DNA from: an uncultured bacterium
GTDB lineage: Bacteria > Patescibacteriota > Minisyncoccia > UBA6257 > 2-01-FULL-56-20
Assembly (NCBI GenBank): GCA_963725235.1
Contig: CAVRXN010000002.1
Location: 250,902-314,901 of the forward strand
Reading direction: 5' to 3'
Length of the DNA stretch: 64,000 nucleotides
Part shown: positions 1-8,775 of the stretch, in pieces
Numbering within the stretch: position 1 is the first letter of the stretch
How the letters are laid out: each line of letters opens with the position of its first letter
Translations under genes and position numbers: made by a program
Notes under the pieces: model-generated
What the model was told of the DNA's origin: nothing
Database searches by the model: none
What the model saw: only the letters and a program-made list of their open reading frames with translations

Positions 1-770
1 AAGCTATTCTTCCACTGAAAGGCAAGATTTTAAACGTCGAACGGGCGCGTTTAGATAAGATGCTCGCCAACGTTGAAATTCGTTCTTTAGTCGTGGCCAT
101 CGGCACCGCGATCGGCGAAGAATTTAATCTCGAAAAATTACGTTATCACAAGATCGTCATCATGACCGATGCTGACGTTGACGGCGCACACATCCGGACG
201 TTATTGTTGACGTTGTTCTATCGCTATTTCAAATCAGTTGTCGAAGGCGGTTATATTTACATCGCCCAGCCGCCGCTTTATAAGGTTCAGTTTGGGAAAA
301 CGATTCGCTATGCGTTTTCGGATGATGAGCGCGATCGGGTGATTGCGGAGATGCAGAAAGTCTCGCCGGCGAGCATAAAAGCTGCGGCAGCGAAAGCGGG
401 AGGTAAAGGCAAAAAGGAAAAAGTTTTAGTGACTGACGCCGCAAGTTTGGCCGACGCGGCTGCTGCGATCGAAGGCGAGGAAGCGATGGCGGTCGGTGCC
501 GATGGTGAACTTACCGAGGGCGCACCGGCAGCCGATGGCCGCCGCATGCCGAACATCCAGCGCTACAAAGGTTTGGGTGAAATGAACGCCGATCAACTTT
601 GGGAAACGACGATGAATCCGGAGAATCGATTGATGCTACAAGTGACAATCGATGACGCTGAAAAAGCTGACAAGCTGTTTGATGTCCTGATGGGCGAAGC
701 TGTCGAGCCGCGCAAGAATTTCATTCAGGCGAACGCGGCGAATGTGAAGAATTTGGATTTGGTAGCGTAA
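1..770 (+). CDS. gyrB: DNA gyrase subunit B, C-terminal part (5' end outside the window)
   Basis: Frame of ORF 60..770 stays open to the window edge. Motifs [26 protein letters not shown] and [17 protein letters not shown] roughly 70-aa Ala/Gly/Glu-rich insert precedes QRYKGLGEM. Confidence 0.9.
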   Translation, partial: AILPLKGKILNVERARLDKMLANVEIRSLVVAIGTAIGEEFNLEKLRYHKIVIMTDADVDGAHIRTLLLTLFYRYFKSVVEGGYIYIAQPPLYKVQFGKTIRYAFSDDERDRVIAEMQKVSPASIKAAAAKAGGKGKKEKVLVTDAASLADAAAAIEGEEAMAVGADGELTEGAPAADGRRMPNIQRYKGLGEMNADQLWETTMNPENRLMLQVTIDDAEKADKLFDVLMGEAVEPRKNFIQANAANVKNLDLVA

Positions 771-785
771 AAATAGCCAAAACAA

Positions 786-847
786 AAAAGGCCCATTCCT
801 GGGACTTTTTTGTATCCAACACGATACTGATCCGGCTTGCGACCCGT
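786..847 (-). ncRNA. Candidate ~60-nt small RNA, antisense-complementary to the long arm of the neighbouring tRNA-like RNA
   Basis: It is bounded by the predicted promoter at 854-881 (minus) and the hairpin/T-run at 790-811. Its first 18 nt (846->829) are the perfect complement of tRNA-like positions 959->942. Confidence 0.25.
790..811. terminator. Weak bidirectional hairpin flanked by an A-run and a T-run
   Basis: aaaaaaGGCCCAttccTGGGACtttttt lies directly after the gyrB stop. The core stem is short (CCCA/TGGG), with an A-run upstream and a T-run downstream. Confidence 0.4.
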
Positions 848-853
848 AAATAC

Positions 854-881
854 ATTTTAGCAGGCATAAAATAGTTGTCAA
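854..881 (-). promoter_or_regulatory. Sigma70-like promoter, TTGACA-16 nt-TAAAAT, on the minus strand
   Basis: Minus-strand TTGACA at 881-876 and TAAAAT at 859-854. The predicted start near 847 coincides with the start of the inverted-repeat copy. Confidence 0.4.
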
Positions 882-910
882 TCCATGTCGGAAATATGCC
901 TTTTCTGCGG

Positions 911-989
911 TGGAAGCGCGGGGAGTCAAACCCCGTGGATCCGGGTCGCAAGCCGGATCCAGCAATCGTGCCGCTCCCACCGCGCCCCC
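911..989 (-). ncRNA. Atypical tRNA-Ala-like RNA (resembles a tmRNA tRNA-like domain)
   Basis: Minus strand has a 7-bp acceptor GGGGGCG/CGCTTCC with G3:U70 and discriminator A. T-arm is CGGGG-TTTGACT-CCCCG. The central arm is GGATCCGG-CTTGCGAC-CCGGATCC, whose loop contains CT-TGC-GA. There is no convincing D-arm, and the length is 79 nt without CCA. Confidence 0.45.
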
Positions 990-1100
990 AGTATACCAAA
1001 AAGGTGATTAAAAAATTCTAAAGATGGCAGCGAGGGAAAAATGGGAATTTATTCACATTTTTACCGAGCGAACCATCTTGAGCGCGAAGCGCTCTAAGAT

Positions 1101-1129
1101 TTGCATTTCCTCGCCATCCGCGCTATAAT
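1101..1129 (+). promoter_or_regulatory. Sigma70-like promoter upstream of secE
   Basis: TTGCAT (1101-1106), 17-nt spacer, TATAAT (1124-1129), 20 nt before the secE ATG. Confidence 0.5.
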
Positions 1130-1149
1130 CGTCCTATTGAGTCAAATAT

Positions 1150-1338
1150 ATGTGGACCCGTATTAAACGTTTCTTTGAAGAGTCACGGCAAGAGATCCGG
1201 CACGTCAACTGGCCGACCCGCACGGAGGCAACCCGCCTGACGCTGATCGTTATCGTCATCGCACTCGGCATGGCGGTATTTTTGGGTTTCTTCGACTGGC
1301 TGTTCACGAACCTTATTAAAAGCTTTATTCTTCAATAA
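1150..1338 (+). CDS. secE: Preprotein translocase subunit SecE
   Basis: 62 aa with a single C-terminal TM helix. Motif VNWPTRTEA. Immediately upstream of nusG, the conserved gene order. Confidence 0.85.
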   Translation: MWTRIKRFFEESRQEIRHVNWPTRTEATRLTLIVIVIALGMAVFLGFFDWLFTNLIKSFILQ

Positions 1339-1380
1339 AAATCGGCTATTATTAAAATTGTATTAACTAAAATCTACCCA

Positions 1381-1953
1381 ATGGCACTCTCTTCGCGACC
1401 AGGCAGCACGCAAAACGAAAAACCGGGCATCCGGCAGTGGTACGCCGTCCAGACCTACTCGGGCTACGAGGAGGCGGTTGCGCGCTATCTGAAACAGCGC
1501 GTCGAGTCGCTGACGATGGGCGATAAGATTTTTAATATTTTGGTGCCGAAGGAAAAGACGATCCGCGTAAAAGGCGGTAAGCGGCAGACGGTCGAGGAGA
1601 AGATCTATCCGGGCTACGTGCTCGTCGAGATGGTACTGACCGAGGATTCTTGGTATGTCGTGCGCAATACGCCGCGCGTCACCGGCTTCGTCGGTCCCGA
1701 CAACACGACGCCGACCGCGCTTTCGAAAGAAGAAGTCGATTCGCTCCTTGCCCGCGCCGAACATGACGAGACCAAGACTACTATTGACTTTGAGGTGGGT
1801 GATCTGGTAAAAATAACCGACGGTCCGTTTAAGGAATACGACGGCAAGATCTCCGAGGTCAACCGGGAGAAGGGAAGCATCAAGGTCCTCGTCCCAATCT
1901 TCGGCCGTGAAACCGCCGTCGAACTGGATTCCTTGCAGGTTAAAAAAATCTAA
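1381..1953 (+). CDS. nusG: Transcription termination/antitermination factor NusG
   Basis: NGN domain WYAVQTYSGYE. KOW domain GDLVKITDGPFKEYDGKISEV. Confidence 0.95.
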   Translation: MALSSRPGSTQNEKPGIRQWYAVQTYSGYEEAVARYLKQRVESLTMGDKIFNILVPKEKTIRVKGGKRQTVEEKIYPGYVLVEMVLTEDSWYVVRNTPRVTGFVGPDNTTPTALSKEEVDSLLARAEHDETKTTIDFEVGDLVKITDGPFKEYDGKISEVNREKGSIKVLVPIFGRETAVELDSLQVKKI

Positions 1954-1957
1954 ACTG

Positions 1958-2176
1958 ATGGAAAATTTCGAAAGAAAATTTAACGTGAATCCTGAAGGTG
2001 AGGCTGAAGAGGAGAAGCTTCCTGAAAAGGACAGATTAGAAAATTTTAAGAAGGTTCATGAAACGAAAGGGAAGGTCATTTTTAGAAAAGTAGGGAATGA
2101 GACTCGTCGGTTCGTCGTTGATGAGAATGGTGAAGCTAAAATAGAAGAATTAGATAAAGATAAAAAAGAATCATAA
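1958..2176 (+). CDS. Small acidic hypothetical protein
   Basis: ATG at 1958 inside track ORF 1907..2176, just after the nusG stop. Glu/Lys-rich with no recognisable motif. Confidence 0.4.
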   Translation: MENFERKFNVNPEGEAEEEKLPEKDRLENFKKVHETKGKVIFRKVGNETRRFVVDENGEAKIEELDKDKKES

Positions 2177-2178
2177 CC

Positions 2179-2379
2179 ATGCAACAGTGTTTCTTTTGCT
2201 CACAGAATTTAAAAAACATCGACTATAAAGAGACCGAGCTTTTGCGTCGGTTCGTTTCGAGCCAGGCAAAAATCATCGATCCGCGCCACACGCATATCTG
2301 CGCGAAGCATCAGCGGAAACTTGCTGAAGCGATCAAGCGCGCGCGGTTCATGGCGTTGCTGCCGTACGTGAGGAAATAA
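2179..2379 (+). CDS. rpsR: 30S ribosomal protein S18
   Basis: Motifs IDYKETELLRRFVS, RHTHICAKHQRKLAEAIKRARFMALLPY. Confidence 0.9.
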   Translation: MQQCFFCSQNLKNIDYKETELLRRFVSSQAKIIDPRHTHICAKHQRKLAEAIKRARFMALLPYVRK

Positions 2380-2427
2380 CTTGATGCACTTTTGGGTGTA
2401 TGCTATCTTTTCGATAGGAGGGTCTCT

Positions 2428-2670
2428 ATGATAGATAGTCTCTGGATTCGAGCCATTTTACTGGCAATCGGTGGATGTATCATTGGCGTACAATTTGCCC
2501 CGCACGTGTTGGGTTTGATGAGTGCGGCGGTAGTAACTCTAGCTCTTATCGTTGCCATGATAAACTCTTTCCGGGAAAGGGAACAGGCTGTCTTCGTACA
2601 TGGCATCCAGCTGGTGTCTTTCATTATTCCAATGTGGATTGTATGGCTCGGGTCGCATTCTTTTGCCTGA
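2428..2670 (+). CDS. Small membrane protein (hypothetical)
   Basis: GGAGG lies 7 nt before ATG 2428. About three hydrophobic helices. The overlapping antisense and alternative-frame ORFs look like shadows. Confidence 0.5.
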   Translation: MIDSLWIRAILLAIGGCIIGVQFAPHVLGLMSAAVVTLALIVAMINSFREREQAVFVHGIQLVSFIIPMWIVWLGSHSFA

Positions 2671-2752
2671 CCCAAATTGTGCAGATAGTCTCTATGCTTC
2701 GGCGTAGGGACTTTTTTTATTCAAATTTCTTTGAAGGTGTTAGAATGAATTC

Positions 2753-3289
2753 ATGTCCGCCCTCGCCCCCCTCAACCAGTCCCTCTTCCTCTGGCTCCAC
2801 CACTTCGCCGGCCGGTGGCCGTTGCTCGACGGCACGGCGATATTCTTCGCTGAGTGGTTGCCGTGGTTGCTATGCGCAGCATTTCTCGTTCTCGTCCTAT
2901 ACCAACCCGGCGCGCGCCGCAAACTCTATCTCTTCGCCGAGGGCGCGCTCGCGATCATCCTCGCGCGCGGCATCATCACAACCGCGATCCACTTCTTCTA
3001 TTACCACGCGCGCCCGTTCGTCGTTTACAGCTTCGCGCCGTTGATCAATGAGTCCGGCTCATCCTTCCCGTCGGCACATGCCGCATGGTTCTTCGCGCTC
3101 GCGACGACCGTCTGGTACGCGAACCGGACGTGGGGCTGGTGGTTCTTCGCGCTCGCGACGCTGATGGGCATCGCGCGCATCTACGCCGGCGTCCATTTTC
3201 CACTCGACATCATCGGCGGCGCAGTGATCGGCTGGGCGGCGGGGTGGTTTGTCCACTGGCTTTTGAAAAAACAGCGCGAGGCGATTTGA
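2753..3289 (+). CDS. PAP2-family lipid phosphatase (BcrC/undecaprenyl-diphosphatase-like)
   Basis: PAP2 motifs SFPSAHAA and ARIYAGVHFPLDIIGGA. Multiple TM helices. Confidence 0.8.
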   Translation: MSALAPLNQSLFLWLHHFAGRWPLLDGTAIFFAEWLPWLLCAAFLVLVLYQPGARRKLYLFAEGALAIILARGIITTAIHFFYYHARPFVVYSFAPLINESGSSFPSAHAAWFFALATTVWYANRTWGWWFFALATLMGIARIYAGVHFPLDIIGGAVIGWAAGWFVHWLLKKQREAI

Positions 3290-3356
3290 TGAAACAGAGT
3301 CAACGCAAAGAAAAAGCCCCCATCGGAATTTCAGGTGAGGGCTAAAAAATGACAGT

Positions 3357-4520
3357 TTATTTGTTCTTTCCCGCAGCCGCCCGCGAAGTTTTATTTCCCG
3401 ATACCGCGATCGGCTGAGGTGCCGGGGAAGGGCGATGTGATACTTCTTCTGGTCTCTGCGCCGTGACTTCACTGATCGGCAGATCTTCGCTCGATCTCGA
3501 GAAGACGAGCGAATGGATCTCATCGTAGTCGACATAGATGAAATCTCCCCGTCCGACTTGGTTGCTTGCTATCAGGTTTGAAAAAGGTGTAACGAGGTGA
3601 CGCTCGAGCGCGCGTTTGATATCCCGTGCGCCATATCTGATATCGGTACCTTCAGTTAGGAGAAAGTTCCGAGCCGAAGGGGTGAGTCGGAACAAAAATG
3701 GTTCAGCTATATTTCCGATTCTCCTCTGTATGTAATCGACTTCAATATCCAGGATTTGCTCAAGATCAATCGCTGTCAAAGGATGGAAGACGACAATCTT
3801 GTCGATACGGTTAATAAATTCGGGAGTGAATTTTTGCCGTGCCGCAGCATTGCCCACATTGCTGAGCTTTCGGTGCAGTTTGGTATCTGCGAGATCTGCA
3901 GGTTTACCCCCCGTGAATCCATATCCAGGATGGAGCATCTTACCCATTTCCACGGAGCCCAGATTGCTCGTCATGAAGATCATTGTCCGGGAAAAATCGA
4001 CCTTACGATTGTCGCCGAGTGTCAGTGTGGCTTTGTCGAGAATTCCCAGAAGGATATTCCAGAGGGCATCGCTTGCTTTTTCGATTTCATCGAAAAGAAC
4101 CAAGCTGAGCTTAATCGAATCGCCCCAGCAATGGTTCAGCACTTCTTGGCTCAAGAGCGGATGCGTCTCTCGATGCCCGAGATAGCCGGGAGGCGAACCG
4201 ATGAGCTTCGCAATTTCGTGGCTATGCTGGAATTCCGCGCAATCGATTTTTACAACCGCACGCGAGTTTTTGAACAGCGATTCCGCGGTTGCTTCGACGC
4301 TTCGCGTCTTTCCCGAACCCGTTGGCCCGAGAAAAAGAAAATTGGCAACAGGCCTTCCGAGAGCCGTCATGCCGGACAAAAATGATTGATACGCATCGGC
4401 AATCGCCCGAACTGCGGTATCTTGGCCAACGATCATCTTTCGGAGTTTCGTTAACAGTTCTTCACCTTCGGTGCCGCGTTGCGACGGGTCGAGCCGTTGC
4501 ATTTTGGGAGCCATAACCAA
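3357..4520 (-). CDS. Stand-alone AAA+ ATPase resembling the D2 module of ClpA/ClpB/ClpC
   Basis: Walker A GPTGSGKT, PPGYLGH, Walker B LVLFDEIEKA, FMTSNLG. No N-domain or D1 module within 387 aa. Confidence 0.8.
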   Translation of the reverse strand: MVMAPKMQRLDPSQRGTEGEELLTKLRKMIVGQDTAVRAIADAYQSFLSGMTALGRPVANFLFLGPTGSGKTRSVEATAESLFKNSRAVVKIDCAEFQHSHEIAKLIGSPPGYLGHRETHPLLSQEVLNHCWGDSIKLSLVLFDEIEKASDALWNILLGILDKATLTLGDNRKVDFSRTMIFMTSNLGSVEMGKMLHPGYGFTGGKPADLADTKLHRKLSNVGNAAARQKFTPEFINRIDKIVVFHPLTAIDLEQILDIEVDYIQRRIGNIAEPFLFRLTPSARNFLLTEGTDIRYGARDIKRALERHLVTPFSNLIASNQVGRGDFIYVDYDEIHSLVFSRSSEDLPISEVTAQRPEEVSHRPSPAPQPIAVSGNKTSRAAAGKNK

Positions 4521-4612
4521 CCTCGCTTTCTTGCCTGATGGCAGTATAAATATTACTATCTACTATTCTCACCCTACACCCAATACAATTTTTTTGCCAG
4601 TTCGTGTCTCCT

Positions 4613-6859
4613 CTACCATCCCTCCACCATCAACATCTTCTCCGGCCGGAAAATTTGGTACACCGCTTCCGTAATGTACGGCATGAACGGATGGAGCATC
4701 TTCAGCGACTCGAGTAATAAATATTCGAGCAGCGCATACGATGTCGCTTTCTCTTCGGCGCTGCCATCGCGCAACCGCGATTTTTCAGCTTCGATGATCT
4801 TATCCGCCAAAGTGTGCCAGATATAGTGGTAGATTTTTTCGGAGGCGAGATGGAATTCGTATGCATCGAGGTGCGCCGTAATCTCGGTTTTCAGCGCGGC
4901 GATTTCTTTTATATATTCATGTTCGGCGTGGGTATGCGCCGCAGTCGCGTTCCGGTCGGTCGTCTCTCCTGTCTCTTTGTCTCCTTGTCTCTGTGTCTCT
5001 CCTGTCATCTTCACAAACCTCGCAATATTCCAAATCTTCGTCGCAAAGTTGCGATAGCCCTTCACGCGCTGCTCGTCGAACTTAACATCATTGCCCGGCG
5101 CGGCGCCGACGATCAGCGCCATCCGCAGCGCGTCCGCACCGTACTTGTCGGCGAGCTCGACCGGGTCGATGCCGTTACCTTTCGACTTGCTGAACTTTTC
5201 GCCCTTCGCGTCGCGCACGATGCCGTGGATATAGACGGTTTTAAACGGCACCTCGCTGAGGAGCGCGCCACTCATCAGAATCATGCGGGACACCCAAAGA
5301 TAAAGAATTTCATAACCCGGAGCCATGAACGAATTAGGGAAATACGTTTTGAAATCTGCCGCCGAAGTATCCGGCCAGCCTAATGTAGAAAAAGGCCACA
5401 TTCCGGACGAGAACCAAGTGTCAAATGTATCTGGATCCTGCTGCCATCCATCACCATGCGGCGGTTCGATACCGATATAAATTTCTTCACCTTTATACCA
5501 AGCCGGTATTCGGTGGCCAAACCAAAGCTGACGCGAAAGGCACCAATCGCGAAGATTATCGATCCAATTGAAATAGTTTTTCTCAAATCGCTCCGGCAGG
5601 ATTTTTACTTTGCCGCTTTCGACCGCATCTCGCATCATCTCTTTAATAGTAATTTCCTGTCCATCCCTTTTAATTTTCGCATCCACGCTAAGGAACCATT
5701 GCAATTTCGGGAGCGGTTCGATAACAGCACCAGTGCGTTCGGCGATCGAGATATTCTGGGTAATATCCTCTTCCTTTTCTAACAAATCATCAGTCCGGAG
5801 CATTTCGACGATCTTATCTCGGGCTTCGGTTGTCTTTAGCCCATTTAAAGAACTCTCAGGCGCATTCGTTAATTCCATTCGCGCATGTTCATTAATGACC
5901 GGAATAACGGAGAGATAATGTTTTTGAGACATCTCCCAATCGATCATGCTATGGGCGGGCGTAACACCTAAGGCGCCAGTGCCAAAATCTTTTTCCACGG
6001 AATCGTCGCCGATAATTTTTATCGTAAGGGAAACATCACAGAATGTTCCGGTGAATTCTTTTCCAATCAAATAACGATAGCGTTCGTCGGTTGGATGAAC
6101 TGCAACAGCAGTATCGCCGACTTTGGTTTCGGGACGTGTAGTCGAGATCGAGATAGGGAAGTCCCTCCAATAACGGAAGGTATATAATTTTCCTTTGCGC
6201 TCTTCGTGGAGAACTTCGTCATCCGAGATAACCGTTTGCCCTTTTGGATCCCAGTTTACAACGCGCAAGCCCCGATAGATCAACCCGAGGTCATACATTT
6301 TTTTGAACGCAGTCCGGACGGCGAGCGAGCGCGGCGCGTCCAAAGTATACGCCTCGCGGCTCCAGTCGAGCGATGCGCCGAGCCGCTTCACCTGGCGAAC
6401 GATCGTGTCGTGCGATTCCTGGGCGAATGCTTCGACGCGGCGGAGGAATTCCTCACGGCCGAGGTCGTGCTTGGTCAGCTTATGCGTTTTTCCATCCGGA
6501 CCGACAGGCCCATCTTCCTTCGCCAAATCTTTTTCGACGCGCGACTGCGTCGCGATCGCCGCATGGTCCGTGCCCGGCACCCAGAGCGTCCGCTTGCCCC
6601 GCATGCGCTCGTAGCGGATGACCGCATCCTGGATCGAGTGCTCGAACGCGTGGCCGATGTGCAGCGTGCCGGTAACGTTCGGCGGCGGCAGGACGAGCGA
6701 GAACGGCTCCGCACCCGCGGCCGTCACCCCGCGCTCGACGCACACGTCCGGATTAAAAAACCCCGACTGCTCCCAGGCGGCGTAGATGCGTGCTTCGATT
6801 TCCTTGATGTCGTAGCGGGGGTCCATAGATTTGGCAGCGAATAGAGCCACGGTAACCAT
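4613..6859 (-). CDS. valS: Valine--tRNA ligase (compact form)
   Basis: PPPNVTGTLHIGHA (HIGH), KFSKSKGN (KMSKS), WCLSRQLWFGHRIPAWY. At 748 aa it lacks the long C-terminal coiled coil. Confidence 0.9.
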   Translation of the reverse strand: MVTVALFAAKSMDPRYDIKEIEARIYAAWEQSGFFNPDVCVERGVTAAGAEPFSLVLPPPNVTGTLHIGHAFEHSIQDAVIRYERMRGKRTLWVPGTDHAAIATQSRVEKDLAKEDGPVGPDGKTHKLTKHDLGREEFLRRVEAFAQESHDTIVRQVKRLGASLDWSREAYTLDAPRSLAVRTAFKKMYDLGLIYRGLRVVNWDPKGQTVISDDEVLHEERKGKLYTFRYWRDFPISISTTRPETKVGDTAVAVHPTDERYRYLIGKEFTGTFCDVSLTIKIIGDDSVEKDFGTGALGVTPAHSMIDWEMSQKHYLSVIPVINEHARMELTNAPESSLNGLKTTEARDKIVEMLRTDDLLEKEEDITQNISIAERTGAVIEPLPKLQWFLSVDAKIKRDGQEITIKEMMRDAVESGKVKILPERFEKNYFNWIDNLRDWCLSRQLWFGHRIPAWYKGEEIYIGIEPPHGDGWQQDPDTFDTWFSSGMWPFSTLGWPDTSAADFKTYFPNSFMAPGYEILYLWVSRMILMSGALLSEVPFKTVYIHGIVRDAKGEKFSKSKGNGIDPVELADKYGADALRMALIVGAAPGNDVKFDEQRVKGYRNFATKIWNIARFVKMTGETQRQGDKETGETTDRNATAAHTHAEHEYIKEIAALKTEITAHLDAYEFHLASEKIYHYIWHTLADKIIEAEKSRLRDGSAEEKATSYALLEYLLLESLKMLHPFMPYITEAVYQIFRPEKMLMVEGW

Positions 6860-6896
6860 TCGATTTTACCTGATTTTTCAGCATTTCCATAGGGGA

Positions 6897-6926
6897 TTGA
6901 CAAATCGTTGCCAAATGCTATATAAT
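6897..6926 (+). promoter_or_regulatory. Sigma70-like promoter for the DGR target gene
   Basis: TTGACA (6897-6902), 18-nt spacer, TATAAT (6921-6926). AAGGAGG Shine-Dalgarno before ATG 6974. Confidence 0.5.
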
Positions 6927-6973
6927 ATAAGTGTTCTTTAACAACTCTCTACGGAGAAAATTCAACAAGGAGG

Positions 6974-7873
6974 ATGATAACGATGACACCGTCGATTACA
7001 TCCAGCATCACCGAAGGTCAGGCGAAGCAGTATCGCCGTTTTGTCGAGGACGCGACCAAGAATGGTTGCGATCTCGCGCTGCAAGAAATTCCGCTCGATA
7101 AAGACGGATTGCAGAAACTCTTTGAGCGTGGCGACGAGTTCAGCGTGACCATCGCACGAGCAATCGCCGACACGACTCGCGAGTTGTCGCTCAGCAACCA
7201 GTTTGCGAACGAAGAAGTTCGTTCCAGCTGCACCTATCCGAAGAAGTATCGCGTCAGGGACATAATTGGGCAGACGAATGCCCTGCGTCAACTTTTCTCG
7301 GGCGTCGGATTTGCGGATGAGGAACTGGCCCAGCGGCCGCTTCCCGTCGGAGCTGAAGGATGGTTTGCCATCCCGCGCTGGGAAAATATCGCCGCGACTT
7401 ACAATGACGCGTTACAAAAAGTTCTCGCACTCATCAAATCCAAGCGGACATTCTACAATTTCCGTGAGGGCGAGTTGGGCGAGAACCAACTGAAGCAGAC
7501 CGAACGCGCCATTGCCGCATGGAAGAAACTTGGCGAATCGCAGAAAGGCGACATTCTGATTGTTGCGGCGCAATTCGGGTTGCGACATCGGGGACGTTCC
7601 GTCCGCCGCGCTCGCGAGGTGTTCATAGCCAATGAATTCGGCCTCGGCGCTTTCGCATCTGGTATTATGCTGCTCACCCATCCCGAACGGGAAGAGAAGT
7701 GGGAGCAACTCCATATCGACTGCGCCGGAGATGAGTTTAGTCCGGATGCGGGCGGCCGGTTCGTGAGGGCGCCGATCTTCTACTTCAGCGACGACAGGCT
7801 GGAGTTCCGCACCAGCGATGTGGGCAACGCCAACGAGGACGATGGCTCCGCGTCGGGCTTCCTCCCGCAGTAA
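6974..7873 (+). CDS. DGR target (variable) protein, no signal peptide
   Basis: The last 44 codons are the VR that matches the TR. The C-terminus ends GSASGFLPQ. The N-terminal ~250 aa have no recognised motif. Confidence 0.85.
   Translation: MITMTPSITSSITEGQAKQYRRFVEDATKNGCDLALQEIPLDKDGLQKLFERGDEFSVTIARAIADTTRELSLSNQFANEEVRSSCTYPKKYRVRDIIGQTNALRQLFSGVGFADEELAQRPLPVGAEGWFAIPRWENIAATYNDALQKVLALIKSKRTFYNFREGELGENQLKQTERAIAAWKKLGESQKGDILIVAAQFGLRHRGRSVRRAREVFIANEFGLGAFASGIMLLTHPEREEKWEQLHIDCAGDEFSPDAGGRFVRAPIFYFSDDRLEFRTSDVGNANEDDGSASGFLPQ
7738..7871 (+). repeat. DGR variable repeat (VR)
   Basis: 134 nt aligned without gaps to 8222-8355, with 14 differences. 13 of them fall where the TR has A. 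Confidence 0.85.
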
Positions 7874-8221
7874 ATCGCTCCTTGAGATCTCGAATGCTCG
7901 GGCCTTTGATTTTTTCTTTTTGATCCCTTGCATCCGAATTTTTCAGGCCATTCGCACTTATTGCGGGTGGCTTGCTTCTTTTCTATAATTCATTCGAGCT
8001 TAGGCCATTGCGCGGTTGTCTATGGATAGCCGTCGCCGAACTCTCTCTTCAAAAAGAGAAGCCAGAATCCGAACGATTACGATTTTTCGGAGCGTGCTGT
8101 CTTGGGGAGATTACTGCTTTGCTCCTGCCTTGCGCGGATGCTTTTTCCGAAGCTGCCGCCGAATAAGTTCAGGAATGAGAGGCTTGCCTCGAACTCCGGT
8201 GACGTGAATGGGCGGGGGCAA

Positions 8222-8355
8222 TAGTCCGAATGCGGACGGCCAGTTCGTGAAGGCGCCGATCTTCAACTTCAACGACGACAAGCTGAAGTTCAACACCAAC
8301 GATGTGGGCAACGCCAACGAGAACTATGGCTCCGCGTCGGGCTTCCTCCCGAAGT
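8222..8355 (+). repeat. DGR template repeat (TR)
   Basis: Non-coding copy of the VR, rich in AAC codons in the VR reading frame (aac ttc aac gac gac aag ctg aag ttc aac acc aac). Confidence 0.85.
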
Positions 8356-8375
8356 CGCTGCCCCAAGAGATGAGG

Positions 8376-8400
8376 ATGCCCCCGATCAATTCGGGGGCAT
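8376..8400. other. Perfect 10-bp GC-rich hairpin between the TR and the avd 3' end
   Basis: ATGCCCCCGA-tcaat-TCGGGGGCAT. It lies 20 nt after the TR and 7 nt beyond the avd stop. No clean T-run on either strand. Confidence 0.5.
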
Positions 8401-8407
8401 TGCTTCA

Positions 8408-8761
8408 TTACTGCTTTGTTGATCGTATCCATCCACCGATCTGCCGACCGATTTCATCAACGATTGTCTGAAGCGCGAGATACTTCTTTGCGTCGATCGC
8501 TTTCGTCTCTTTCATGAGCCGAATAAAAATGCGGAGAAAATTCAGTTTGATACTTGCACGCTCGAGAACGGCAGTTTTATCACTTCCAACTTTCGGCAAT
8601 TTGCTGGCCGTTAGGATACTTTCTAAGACATCGAGAATAATCAGCTCGCATCGTTCATAGATGGCATATCGGTCCTGTTTCGGAATAAGGTTTCGGTAGC
8701 TATAAAACGTTTTGTAGAGGTCGTAGGTTTGTTTGAAGATGGGTATATCAAAGTCGTCCAT
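8408..8761 (-). CDS. avd: DGR accessory variability determinant (Avd, four-helix-bundle family)
   Basis: 117 aa and helical. N-terminal IPIFKQTYDLYK and C-terminal EIGRQIGGWIRS fit the Avd / 23S-IVS four-helix-bundle pattern. Located between the TR and the RT. Confidence 0.8.
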   Translation of the reverse strand: MDDFDIPIFKQTYDLYKTFYSYRNLIPKQDRYAIYERCELIILDVLESILTASKLPKVGSDKTAVLERASIKLNFLRIFIRLMKETKAIDAKKYLALQTIVDEIGRQIGGWIRSTKQ

Positions 8762-8775
8762 ATAATTATTTTTTA

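Noticed and set aside
790-1000. Standard or two-piece tmRNA (ssrA) gene
   Set aside because: The acceptor G3:U70 and T-arm resemble a tmRNA tRNA-like domain. However, both acceptor strands lie within 79 nt. No resume codon or tag ORF ending in ...AA-stop is present on either side. No downstream GGAAGCG-type 5' acceptor strand exists to support a permuted gene.
8208-8471. ORF covering the template repeat as a second, truncated target gene
   Set aside because: It has no upstream coding context or SD. Its sequence is the invariant AAC-rich template, and it runs into the antisense of avd. It is best explained as the non-coding TR.
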